From: the human T2T-CHM13v2.0 reference genome, Homo sapiens
DNA length: 64,000 nt
Reading direction: 5' to 3' (one strand)
Assembly: GCF_009914755.1 (NCBI RefSeq)
Contig: NC_060931.1
In this document: positions 42,401 through 57,400 of the stretch, one piece after another
Layout: each line of letters starts with the position of its first letter
How positions within the stretch are numbered: position 1 is the stretch's first letter
Translations under genes and position numbers: made by a program
Notes under the pieces: model-generated
Database searches by the model: none
Told to the model about the DNA's origin: nothing
Seen by the model: only the letters and a program-made list of their open reading frames with translations

Positions 42401-45400
42401 TCCATTTCATCCGATGCTTCTATTTGAATCCATTCGATGACGATTCCGTCTGATTCCATTCTATGATTCCATTTGATTCCATTCGATGCTTCTATTGGAT
42501 TTCATTCCATGATGATTCCATTCGATTCCATTTGATAATTCCATTTGATTCCATTCAATGATGATTGCATTTGAGTCCATTCAATGATTCCATTCAAGCC
42601 CCTTCACTGATTCCATCTGATTCCATTTGATGATCATTCCATTCGAGTCCATTCAAAGATTCCATTTGATTACATTCTATGATTCCATTCGAGTCCATTC
42701 GATTAATCCATTCAAGTCCATTTGATGATTCCATTCATTTCCGTTCAGTGATGATTCCATTCGATTCCATTCGATTCCATCTGATGATGATTTCATTTGA
42801 TTCCATTCGATGATGATTCCATTCGAGTCCATTCAATGATTCAATTCGATTCCATTTGATGCTGATTCCATTCGAATCCATTCGATTATTCCATTCAAAT
42901 CCCTTTGTTGATTCCATCTGATTCCATTTGATGATGATTCCATTCGAGTCCAATCTATGATTCCATTTTCTTCCATTCAATGATTCCATTCGAGTCCATT
43001 TGATTATTCCATTCATGTCCATTTGATGATTCCATTCAATTCCATTCGATGATGATTCCATTTGATGATTCCGTTCGATTCCTTTAAATGATTCCCTACG
43101 ATTCCTTTCTGTGATGATTCCATTCGATTCCATTCATTGATGATTCCATTCTATTCCATTCGATGATGATTCCTTTTGATTCCGTTTGTTGATGATTCCA
43201 TTAGATTCCATTTTATGATAATTCCATTCGACTCCATTCAAAGATCATTCCATTCGATTTCATTTGATGGTTCCATTCGATTCCATAAGATGATTAATCC
43301 ATTGGATTCCATTCAATGATTCCATTCGATTCCATTTGATGATGAACCATTCGATTCAATTCCATGATGATTCCACTTGATTCCATTTAACGATGTTTCC
43401 ATTCGAGTCCATTTGATGATGATTCCATTCGATTCTGTTTGATTATGATTCCATTCGATTTCATTCAATGCTTCTATTTGATTCCTTTTGATGATGATTC
43501 CATCTCATTCTCTTCAATGATTCCATTCGATTCAATTCAGTGATGATTCCATTTGATTCCATCTAATGATGATCTCATTTGATTCCTTTCGATGATGATT
43601 CCATTCTAGTCCATTTGATGATTCCATTGGAGTCCAATTGATCATTCCATTCGATTCCATTCGATGATGATTCCATTCAAGTCCATTCGATGATTCCATT
43701 TGATTTCATTTGACAATGATTCCACTCGAGTCCATTTGATGATTCCATTCAATGCCATTTGATGATGACTCCATTCGAGTCAATTTGATGATTCCATTAG
43801 ATTCCATTCGATGATGATTCCATTCGAGTACATTCGATGAATCCATTCGATTCCATTCGATGATGATTCCATTCGAGTCCATTGGATGATTCCATTCTTT
43901 TCCATTCAATGATGATTCCATTAGGGTCCATTAGATGATGCCATTTGAGTCCATTCGATAATTCCTTTCAAGTCCATTTGATGATTCCATTCGAGTCCAT
44001 TCGATGATTCCATACAAGTCCATTTGATGATTCCATTCTTTTCCATTTGATGTTAATTCCATTAGGATCCATTTGATGATTCCATTCGAGTCCATTTGAT
44101 AATTCTTTTCGAGTCCTTTTGATCACTCCATTAGAGTCCATTCGATGATTCTATTTGATTCCATTCGATGATGATTCCATTAGAGTCCATTCGATGATCG
44201 CATTTGAGCCCATTCGATGATTCCATATGATTCCATTCAACGATGATTCCATATGATTCCTTTCAACAATGATTCCATTCGTGTCCATTTGATGATTCCA
44301 TTCATTTCCTTTTGATGATGATTCCATATGAGTGTATTTGATGATTCCATTCAAATCCATTCGATGATGATTCCATTCGAGTCCATTCGATCATTTCAAT
44401 TGATTCCATTTGATGACTATTCCATTCGAATACATTTGATGATTCCATTCTACTCCATTCGATGATATCATTCGAGTACATTCGAAGATTCCATTCGATT
44501 CCATTTGATGATTATTCCATTGGAGTCCACTTAGTGAATCCTTTAGATTCCACTCGATGATGATTCCATTCGATTCCATTCAATGATACCATTCAATTCC
44601 ATTTGTTGATGATTCCATTCAAGTGCATTCAATGATATCATTTGATTCCATTTGATGATGATTCCATTTGATTCCATTCGATGATTCTATTCGATTCCAT
44701 TCAATGATGATTCCATTCGAGTCAATTCGATGATTCTATTGGACTCCATTTGATGATGATTCCATTTAATGATTCCATTCAATTCTATTCCATAATGATT
44801 CCATTCGATTCCATTCGATGATGATTCCATTGGATTCCATTCGAGGATTCCATTCGATTCCATTTGATGATGATTCCATTCGTTTCCATTCGACGATTCC
44901 ATTCTATTCTATTCAATGATTATTCCATTCAATTCCATTCGATGATGACTGCATTCCATTCCATTCGATGATTTTATTTGATTCCATTCGATGATGATTC
45001 CAAGCAATTCTATTCAGTGATTCCATTCAATTCCATTCAATAATGATTACATTCGAGTCCATTCGATGATTCCATTTGAGCCCATTTGATAATTCCATTT
45101 GAGTCCTTTCAATGATTCCATTCATTTCCATTCAACGATTCCGTTAGAATCCATTGGATTATTCCATTAGATTCCATTCGATGATTCCATTGGAGTGCAT
45201 TCGATGATTCCATTCGAGTCAATTTCATAATTCCATTTGAATCCATTCGATGATTGCTTTCAATTACATTTGACGATGATTTCATTCGAGTCAATTCGAT
45301 GATTCCATTTGATTCCCTTCGATCATGATTCCATTCGTGTCCATTCAGTGATTCCAATCAATTTCATTTGAAGATGATTCCTTTTGAATCCATTCGATGA

Positions 45401-48400
45401 TTCCATTCAATTCCATTCGATGATGATTCCATTAGAGTTCATTTATGGATTCCCTTTGATTCCATTCGATGATGATTCCATTCGATTCATTTCAGTGATT
45501 CCATTTGTTTACATTCAAGGATGATTCCATTCGAGTACATTAGATGATTCCATTTGATTCCGTTCGATGATAATTCCATTCGAGCCATTCGATGATTCTA
45601 TTCGAATCAATTTGATGATTGCTTTCGATTATATTCGATTATGATTCCATTTGATTGCATTCAATGATTCCATTCGATTCCATTCTATGATGATTCCATT
45701 CAATTTCATTTGACGATGATTCCATTGGAGCCCATTCAATGATTCCATTCAATTCCATTCGCTGATGATTGCATTCGAGTCTATTCGATGATTCCATTCG
45801 ATTCCATTCGAAGATGATTCCATTTGATGTCATTCAATGATTCCATCCGTTTTCATTCGATTATGATTCCATTCGATTCCTTTAGATGATTGCATTTGAT
45901 TCCATTCAATCATGATTCCATTCGAGTCCATTCAATGATTCCATTCGATTCCATTCAATGATGATTCTATTTGTGCCCATTAGATTATTCCACAGGATTC
46001 CATTCGATGATGATTCTGTTCGATTCCATTCGATGATTCCATTCTATTCCATTCAATGATGATTCCATTCGAGTACATTAGATGATTCCATTTGATTCCA
46101 TTCGATGATGATTCTATTCGTGCCCATTAGATTATGCCACAAGATTCCATTCGATGATGATTGCGTTCGAGTCTATTCGAAGATTCCATTCGATTCCATT
46201 AGATGATGATTCCATTCAATTCTATTCATTGGTGATTCCATTCAATTCAATTCACTGATTCCATTTGATTCCATTCGACAATGATTCCATTCAATTCCAT
46301 TCGAAGATTCCCCTCGATTCCACTTGATGATGATTCCCTTCAATTCCATTCGATCATTCCACTTGATTCCATTAGATGATGATTGCTTCGATTCCATTCA
46401 ATGATTCTATTCAATTCCATTCGTTGATGTTACCGTTCAATTCCATTTCATGATTCCATTTGATTCTATTCAAGGATTCCATAAGATTCCATCCAATTAT
46501 TATTCTATTCGAGTCCATTAGATGATTTCATTCGAGGCCATTCAATGATTCCATTCGAGTCCATCTGATGATTCCACTCGATTCCATTTGATGATGATCC
46601 CTTTCGATTCCATTCAATGATGATTTCATTCGATTCCATTAGATGACGACTATTTTCGATTCCATTTATGATGATTCCAACGGATTCCATTCGATTTCTC
46701 CATTTGATTCCATTCGTTGATCATTCCATTCGATTCTGTTACATGATGATTCCATTAGATTCCATTCGATGATGATTCCATTCGATTCCATTCATTGACG
46801 ATTCCATTCCATTCCATTCAATGATGATTCCATTCGATTCCATTCGACGCTTCCATTCGTTTCCATTCCATGATGATTCCATTTATGTGCGTTTGATTTC
46901 ATTTGGTGATGATTGCCTTCGATTGCATTCAATGAGTCCTTTCTATTCCATTCGATGATGATTCCATTTGAGTCTATTCGATGATTCATTTCGAGACCAT
47001 TTAATGATTACATTGGGTTCAATTTGATGACGTTTACTTTGGATTCCATGCTATGTTTCCATTCGATTCCATTCGTTGATGATTCCATTCGAGTCCATTT
47101 GATGATTCCATTTGAGTACATTTAATGATTACATTGGGTTCAATTTGATGATGATTACTTTGGATTCCATTCTATGTTTCCATTCGATTCAATTCATTGA
47201 TGATTCCATTCGATTCCATTAGAAGATGATTCCGTTTGATTTCATTCAATGGTTCTATTTGATTCCATTCGATGATTATTCAATTTTATTCCATTTGATG
47301 ATTAAATTCAATTCCATTCGATGATGATTCCATTCGATTGCATTCTATGAGGATTCCATTTGATTCCATTTGAAGATTCCATTCGATTACATTCCATGAC
47401 GATTCCATTCAAGTCCATTCGATGATGATTCCATTCGATTCCATTCGTTGATTCCATTCAATTCCATTCGATGTTTCCTTTCGATTCCACTCGACATTGA
47501 TTCCATTTGAGTCCATTCGATGACTAAATTTGAGTGCATTCCATGATTTCATTCGACTCCATTCGATGATGATTCCATTTGAGTCCATTTGATGGTTCCA
47601 TTTGATTTCATTTGATGATAATTAAATTTGATTTCATTCAATGATTCCATTCGAGTCCATTTGATGATTCCTTTCAAGTCCATTAAATGATTCCATTCGA
47701 TACCATTCGATTATGACTCCATTCGAGTCCATTCAATGATGATTCCATTCGATTCCATTCGATGATTCCTTTGTATTCCATTCTTTGTTTTACTTCGATT
47801 CTTTTTGATGGTGATTCCATTCGATTCCATTCGATGGTTCCTTTGTATTCCATTCTTTGTTTTACTTCGATTCTTTTGATGATGATTCCATTCGATTTCA
47901 TTCAATGAACCCAGTCATTTCTCTTCGATGATGATTCCACTCGATTCCATTTGAAGAAAATTCCATTTGATGCCATTGGATGATGATTCCATTCGATTCT
48001 GTTTGATACCGATTCTATTCAGTTCCATTCGATGATGATTCCATTCAATTCTATTTGATACCGATTCTATTCAGTTCCATTCGATGATGATTCCATTCGA
48101 TTTCACTCGATGATTCCATTCAATTCCATTCAATGATGATTCCATTCGAGTCCATTTAATGATTCCATTCAAGGCCATTCAATGAGTCTGTCTGATTCCA
48201 TTCGATGATGATTCCATTCGAGTCCAGTCGATGATTGCATTCGAATCCATTTGATGATTCCATTCGATTCCATTCAGTGATGATTTCATTCGATTATTTT
48301 CAATGATTCCATTTGATTCCATTCGATGATTATTCCAAATAATTCCATTCGTTGATTCCATTCGAATCGATTTGATGATGAGTCCGTTCATTTCAATTAC

Positions 48401-51400
48401 ATGGTGATTCCATTCGATTCAATTTGATGGTTTTTCCATTCAATTCCATTCGATGTTGATTCCATTCGATTCCATTGGATGATTATTCCACTTGAGTCCA
48501 TTAGATGATGATTGTATTCAACTCCATTCGATGTTGATTCCATTCGATTTCTTTCAATGATTCTATTCTATTCTATTCGATGGTGATTCCATCTCATTCC
48601 ATTCGATAAATCCATTCGATTCCATTCTATGATGATTTCATTCGTTTCCATTTGATGATGATTCTATTCGATTCCATTTAATGATTCCATTCTTTTACAT
48701 TTGATCATGACTCCAATCAATTCCTTTTGATGATTCCATTGGAATCCATTTGATGATTAGTCCATTCGTTTCAATTCCATGATGATTCCATTCGATTCAA
48801 TTCGATGGTGTTTCCATTTGATTCCATTTGATGTTGATTTCTTTAGATTATATTTTATGATGATTACATTCGAGTCCATTCGATGATGATTCCATTCGAG
48901 TCCGTTTGATGATGATTCCATTCGATTTCATTTGATGATTCTATTCAATTCCATTCATTCATGATTCCATCTGATTCCCTTCGATGATTCCATTCGATTC
49001 CATTCGATGATGATTCCATTCGAATCCATTCGATGATTCCAAGCGATTCCATTTGATGACTCTGTTCGATCCCATTTGATGAATCCTTTTGATTCCATTC
49101 AATGATCATTCCATTTGATTCAATTCGGTGATTCCATTCGATTCTATTAAATTATGATTCCATTTGACTCCATTCAATGATGATTCCATTCAATTCCATG
49201 CGATTATGATTTAATTAAATTCCATTCGATTATGATTCTATTCGAGTCCATTCGATGTATACATTCGATTCCATTCCATGATGATTTCACTCAAGTCCAC
49301 TCGATGATTCCATTCGAGTCCATTCAATGATGCCATTAGATTCCATTCGATCATGATTCCATTGGAAGGCATTCAATGATTCCATTCGATTCCATTCAAT
49401 GATGATTCCATTTGTGTCCATTCGATGATTCCATTCGATTCCATTTGATGGTCATTCCATTTGAGTCCATTCGATGATTCCATTCAATTCCATTTGATGA
49501 TGATTTCATTCTAGTCCATTTGATGATTCCATTCGATTCCATTCAATGATGACTGCATTTGGTTCCATCTGATGATGATTTCAATGGATTACATTTGATT
49601 TCTCCATTTGATTCCATTCATTGATGATTCCATTCTTTTCCATTAAATGATGATTCCATTAGATTCCATTTGATGATGATTCCAATCGATTCCATTCAAT
49701 GACAATTCCATTCAATTCCATTCAATGATGATTCCATTCGATTCCATTCGATGGTGATTCCATTAGTGTCTATTCGATGATTCCATTCGATTCCATTCAA
49801 TGATGATTCCATTCGAGTACATTCAATGATTCCATTCAAGTCCATTCGATGATTCCTTTCGATGCCATTCAATGATGATTCCATTCGAGTGCATTCGATG
49901 ATTCCATTCGATTCCACCAAAAGATAACTCCATTTGAGTCGATTAGATGATTCCATTTGATTCCATGTGATGATGATTCCATTGAGTCCATTTGATGATA
50001 CCATTTGATTCCATTTGATGCTGAGTGCATTCAGTTCCATTTGATGATGATTCCAAAGGACTCCATTTGATGACTCCATTCGACTCCATTCATCAATGAT
50101 TCCATTGGATTCCATTCAATGATGATTCCATTCAATTTCATTCGATGATGATTCCATTCAATCCCATTCGATCATGATTCCATTCGATTCCATTCCATGA
50201 TGATTCCTATGAATTCCATTCGATGATTCCATTCGCGTCCATTCGATGATTCCATTCGAGTCACTTCATTGATTCCATCCGATACCATTTGACAATGATT
50301 CCATTCGAGTCCAATCGATTATTCCATTCAATTCCATTTGATGATTCCATTCAAGTCCATTCGATTATCCATTCGAGTCTATTCGATGATTCCATTTGAT
50401 TCCATTCGATGATTACTCCATTCGATTCCATTAGATGATTCTGTTCGATTCCATTTGATGATTCCCTTCGATTTCTTTCGATGATGATTCCATTCTATTC
50501 CATTCGATGATACCACTCTATTTGATTCAAAGATGATTCCTTTTGATTCCATTTGATGATGATTCCATTCGATTCCATTTGATGATGACTGCCTTCGGTT
50601 CAATTCGATGACGATTCCAATGGATTCCATTCGATTTCTCCATTCAATTGAATTCGTTGATGATTCCATTCGATTCCAGTAGATCATAATTCCATTGGAT
50701 TCCATTCGATGATGAGTAATTTCAATTCCATTCAATGATGATTCCATTCGAATCCATTCGATGATGATTCCATTTGATTTCATTCGATGATTCAATTCGA
50801 TTCCATTCGATGATGATTCCATTCATCTCCATTCGATTATTCCATTTGATTCCATTCCATGATGATTCCATTCGAGTCCATTCAGTGAGTCCATTCGAGT
50901 CCATTTGATGATTCCATTTGATTCCATTCTCCGATGATTACATTCGAGTCCATTTCATGATTCCACTCGATTCCATATGATGATAATTCCATTCAATTTC
51001 ATTCGATGATTCCATTCTATTCCATTCAATGACTATTCCATTCGAGTACATTAGATGATTCCATTAGATTCCATTCGATGATGATTCTATTCGTGCCCAT
51101 TAGATGATTTCATATGATTCCATTTGATAATGATTCCATTCAAGTGCATTTGATGATTCCATTTAATTCCATTCGATGATGATTCCATTCCATTCAACTC
51201 CTTGGTGATTCCATTCAATTCCACTCATTGATTACATTCCATGCCATTCGACAATGATTCCATTTGATTCCATTTGATGATTCCACTAGATTCCACTTAA
51301 CAGTGATTCCCTTCGATTCCATTTGATGATGATTCCATTCGAGTACTTTCGGTGATTCCATTCGATTCCATTCGATGATGATTCCATTCAGGTCCATTCG

Positions 51401-54400
51401 ATCATTGACTTTGATTTCATTCGATGATGATTCCATTCGATTCCATTCGATGATTGCATTCTATTTCATTCGATGATATCCCATTCGAGTCCATTCTATG
51501 ATTCCATTCGAGTCCATTTAATGAAATCATTGGTTTCAATTCGATGATGATTACATCGAATTCCATTCGTTGATGATTCCATTCTATTCCATTCGATGAT
51601 GATTCCATTCGATTTCATTTGATCATTCTATCCGATTCCATTTGATGATGATTCAATTCTATTCCATTGGATGATTCCATTCAATTCCATTGGATGATGA
51701 TTCCATTCGATTCCATTTGATGATGATACCATTCGATTCCATTCGACGATGATTCCATTTGACTCCATTCATTTATGATTCAATTCGATTCCATTCGAAT
51801 ATGATTCCATTTGATTCCATTCGATGATATTTCCATTCGATTGCATTCGGTGATGATTCCAATCGAGTCCATTCGAAGATTCCATTCGATTCCATTTGAT
51901 GATATTTCCATTCAAGTCCATTCGATGATTACCTTCAATTCCATTCTATGATGATTCCATTCGATGCCATTCTATGATTCCATTTGATTCCGTTCAATGA
52001 TGATTCCATTCGAGTCCTTTCAATGATTCCATTAGATTAAATTGAATGATGATTCCATTCGATTCCATTCTATTATTCCCTTAGATTCCATTCATTGATG
52101 ATTCTATTTTATTCCATTCGATGATTCCATTTGTTTCCAATTGAAGATGTTTCCATTCGGGTACATTCGAGGATTCCATTTGATCACATTCAATGATGAT
52201 TCCATTTGTGTCTATTCGATGATACCATTCTGTTCCATTCGACGATGGTTCCATTCGAGTCCTTTCGATGATTCCATAAGATTCCATTTGATGATGATTC
52301 CATTCGATTCCATTTGATGATTCAATTCGATTCCATTTGATGATTCCTTTCATTCCAATTCGATGATTCCTTTCGATTCCATTTGATGATGATTCCATTC
52401 AATTCCATTCGATGATGATCACATTGGATTCTATTCGATGATGATTCCACTCATTTCCACTCCATGATGATTCCATTCGTTTCCAGGTGATGACGATTCC
52501 ATTAGATTCTATTCGATGATTCAATGCTATTCCATTTGTTGAAGATTCCATTCGATTCCATTTGATGATTATTCCATTCGATTACATTCGATGATGATTC
52601 CATTCGATTCCATTTGATGATGATTCCATTCGATTTCATTTGATGATTCTATTTGATACCATTTGATGATGATTCCCTTCTATTCCATTCGATGATTCCA
52701 TTCGATTCCATTCCGTAATGATTCTAATCGATTTCATTTTATGGTTCCATTTGATTGCATTTGATGATGATCCCATTCGTGTCCATTCGATGATTCCACT
52801 CGATTCCATTTGATGATGATTCCATACGAGCCCGCTAGATGATTCCATTTGATTCCATTTGATGATGATTCCTTATGATGCCATTCGAAGTTTCCATTAG
52901 ATTTCATTGGACGATGATTAGATTCATTTCCATTCGATAATTCCATTGGATGATGATTCCATTCAATGCCATTCGAGAATTCCGTTCAATTCCATTTGAG
53001 TATTCCATTCTATTCCATTTGATGATGATTTCATATGAGTCCATTCAATGATTGTTTTAATTCCATTCAATGATGATTACATTCTAGTCCATTCGATGAT
53101 TCCATTCGATTTCATTTGATGATGATTCCATTCGTTTCCATTCGATGTATCCATTCGATTCCATTCAATGATAATTCCATTCGAGTTCATCGGGTGTTTC
53201 CATTCGATTCCATTCGATGATGATTCCTTTAGAGTCCATTCTATGATTTCATTCAATTCCATTTGATGATGATTCCATTTTTTTCCATTCGAGGATTCCA
53301 TTTGATTCCATTCCTTGACTCTTACTTTTGATTCCATTCGATGATGGTTCCTTTCCATTCCATTCGATGGTGATTCCTTTCAAGTCCATTTGATGATGAT
53401 TCCATTTGAGTCCACTCGATGATTCCATTCAGTTCTATTTGATGATGATTTCATTGGATTCCTTTCAATGATTCCATTAGATTCCATTCGTTCATGATTC
53501 CATTAGATTCCACTTGATGATGATTCCATTCGATTCCGTTCATTGATGATTCCATCAGATTCCATTCAATGATGATTCCATTCGATTCCATTCGGTGATG
53601 ATTCCATTCGATTTCATTCGATGGTTTCATTTGATTCCATTCAATGATAATTCCATTCATTTCCATTTGATGATTCCATTCAATTCCATACGATGATGAT
53701 TCCATTTGATTCGATTCGATGATGAGCCATTCGTTTCAATTCCATGATGATTCTATTTGATCCAATTCCATGATGTCTCCATTCGATTCTATTCAATGAT
53801 GATTCCATTCGATTCCATTCGAAGATGATTCCATTTGAGTCCATTCGATGATGATTCCATTCGAGTCCATTCGATGATGATTCCATTCGATTTCATTCAA
53901 TGCTTCTATTAGATTCCATTTGATGATGATTCTATCTGATTCCATTCGATGATTACATTCGATTGCACTCAGTGATGATTCCAATCCATTCCATCCAATG
54001 TTGATTTCATTTGTTTCCATTTGATGATGATTGGATTCGTGTCCATTCGATGATTCCATCCGAGTCCATTTGATGATTCCTTTCGAGTCCATTTGATGAT
54101 TCCATTGGACTCATTTGATGACGATTTCATTCAATGACTCCATTCGATTCTATTCGATGGTGATTCCATTAAATTTTGTTCGATGCTGATTCCTTTCAAT
54201 TCCATTCGATGATTGCAATTGATTCCATTCTGTCATTCCATTCTATTACATTCGACGATGTCTCCATTCAATTCCATTCAATGATTCCATTCGATTCTAT
54301 TTGATGATGATTCCATTTGATTCCATTCGATGATGACTGCATTCAATTCCATTCAATGATTCCATTTGATTTCATTCAATGAAGATTCTGATTGATCCCA

Positions 54401-57400
54401 TTTGTTGATTCCGTTAGATTTCATTCAATGATTCCATTTGATTCCATTCGATAATGATTCCATTCGATTCCATAGGATGATTGCATTCGATTCCATTCTA
54501 TGATGATTCCACTTAAGTCCACTCGATGATTCCATTAGAGTCCATTCTATGATTCCATTAGAATGAAATATGATTCCTATTGATGAATCCATTCAATTCC
54601 ATTCTATGACGATTCCATTCATTTCCATGCGATGATGATTCCATTCGATTCCATTTAATGATTCCTTTCGATTCCATTCACTGATGATTCCAATCAATTC
54701 CATCTGATGATTCCATTCAAATCCATTTGATGATGAGTTCATTCGTTTCAATTCCATGAGGATTCCATTCGACTCAATTCGATGGTGTTTCCATTCGATT
54801 CCATTAGATGTTGATTCCATTGGATTCCATTGGATGATTATTCCATTCGAGTCCATTCGATGATAATTGCATTCGAGTCCATTCAATGATGATTCCATTC
54901 AATTTCATTCGATGATTCTATTTTATTTGATTCGATGGTGATTCCATCTGATTCCATTTGATGATTCCATTCAATTCCATTCGATGATGATTCCATTCAT
55001 TTCCATCCAATGATGATTCTATTTGATTCCATTTGATGATTATTCCATTCATGTCCATTCAATGATTCCATTCGATACCATTTGATTAGGATTCCATTCA
55101 AGTCCATTCAATGATTCCATTTGACTCCATTCAATGATTCTATTCAATTCCATTGGATAATTCCATTCAATTCCATATGATGATTATTCCATTTGAGTCC
55201 ATTCAATGATTAACACATTCGATTCTATTTGGTGATTCCTTTCAATTCCATTTGATAATGATTCCATTCGAGACCATTTGATACTGATTCCATTTGATTC
55301 CATTAGATGATGATTCCATGTGATTCCATTTGATGATGACTCCTTTTGCTTCCATTCACTGATGACTCCATTTGGTTCAATTCCTTGATTATTCCTTTGT
55401 ATTCCATTTGATGATGTTTCCATTCGACTCCATTTGATGTTGATTCTTTTTTATTCCATTCAATGATTATTTCATTTGACTCCATTCGATGATGATTCCT
55501 TTCGAATCCATTCGTTGATTCCATTCAATTCCGTACAATGATTATTCCATTCCAGTCCATTCGACGATTCCATTCAATTCTATACGTTGATTCCATTCGA
55601 TTCCATACAATGATGTCTCCATTCCAGTCCATTTGACGATTCCATTCAATTCCATACCATGATGATTCCATTCGATTCCATTCGAAGATTCCATTCGATT
55701 CCTTTCGAACATTATTCCATTCGAGTCCATTCGGTGATCCCATTCGATGCCAATGGAAAATGATTCCATTCGAGTCCATTCGATGATACCATTCAATACC
55801 ATTCATTGATGATTCCATTCGAGTGCATTCGATGATACCATTCTATTCCATTTGATGATGATTCCGTTCGATGATTCCAATCGATGTTTCCATTCAATTC
55901 CATTCTGTGATGATTCCATTCGAGTCCATTTGATGATTTCTTTGGACTCCATTTGATGAAGATTCCATTCAATGATTCCATTCGATTCTATTCGATGATG
56001 ATTCCATTAGATTTCATTCGATGCTGATTCTATTCAATTCCATTCGATGATTCAATTTGATTCCATTAGATGATTCCATTTGATTACTTTTGACGATGAT
56101 TCCATTCGATTCCATTCGATGATGACAGCATTCTATTCCGTTTGATGATTCCATTTGGTTCTACTCGCTGATGATTCTGATTGATTCCATTTGATGATTC
56201 CTTTAGATTCCATTCGAAGATTCCGTTTGATTCCATTCAATAATGATTCCATTCAACTCCATTTGATGATTCCATTCGAGCAAATTCGGTAATTCCATTT
56301 GAGTCCAATCGATTATTCCAATTGAGTCCATTCGATGGTTCCAATGGAGTCCATTCGAAAATTTCATTTGAGTCCATTTGATGAATACTTTTGATCACAT
56401 TGAATGATATTCCATTAGAGTCCATTCGATGATTCCATTCAATTCTATTCGATGATGATTCCATTCGTGTCCATTTGGTGATTCCATTCGATTTCATTTA
56501 ATGATGATTCCTTTTGAGTGAATTAGATGATTCCATTCGATTCCATTTGATGATGATTCCATTCGAGTCCATTCAGTGATTCCATTCGATTCCATTTGAT
56601 GATTATTCCATTTGATTCCATTCGATTATTCCATTCGATTACATTCAATGATGATTTCATTTGAGTCCATCCGATGATTCCATTTGATTCCATTCGATGA
56701 TGATTTCATTCGAGTCCATTCGATGATTCCATTTGATTCCATTCTATGATGATTCCATTCGAATCCATTCAATGATTCTATTCGAATCCATTTGATGATT
56801 GCTTTTGATATTTGATGATTATTCCATTCGAGTACATTTGATGATTCCATTCGATTGCATTCGTTGGTGATTCCATTCGAGTCCATTTGATGATTCCGTT
56901 TGCTTCCATTCTCCGCTGATTACATTCAAGTCCATTCAATGATTCCACTCGATTCCATATGATGTTGATTTCATTCGATTCCATTAGATGATTCCACTCT
57001 ATTCCATTCAATGATGATTCCATTCGAGTACATTAGATGATTCCATTCGATTCCATTCGATGATGATTCTATTCGTGCCCATTAGATGATTTCACACAAT
57101 TCCATTCGATAATGATTCCATTCGAGTGCATTTGGTGATTCCATTTGATTCCATTCGATGATGAATCCATTCCATTCAATTCCATTCATTGATTCCATTC
57201 CATGTCATTCGACAATGATTCCATTTGATTCCATTCGATGATTCCACTCGATTCCACTTGACAATGATTCCCTTCGATTCCATTTGATGATTCCCTTTGA
57301 TTCCATTCGATGATGATTGCCTTTGATTCCATTTGATGATTCCATTCGATGATGATTCTGTTCAATTCCATTTGATGATTCCATTCGATTCCATTCGATG

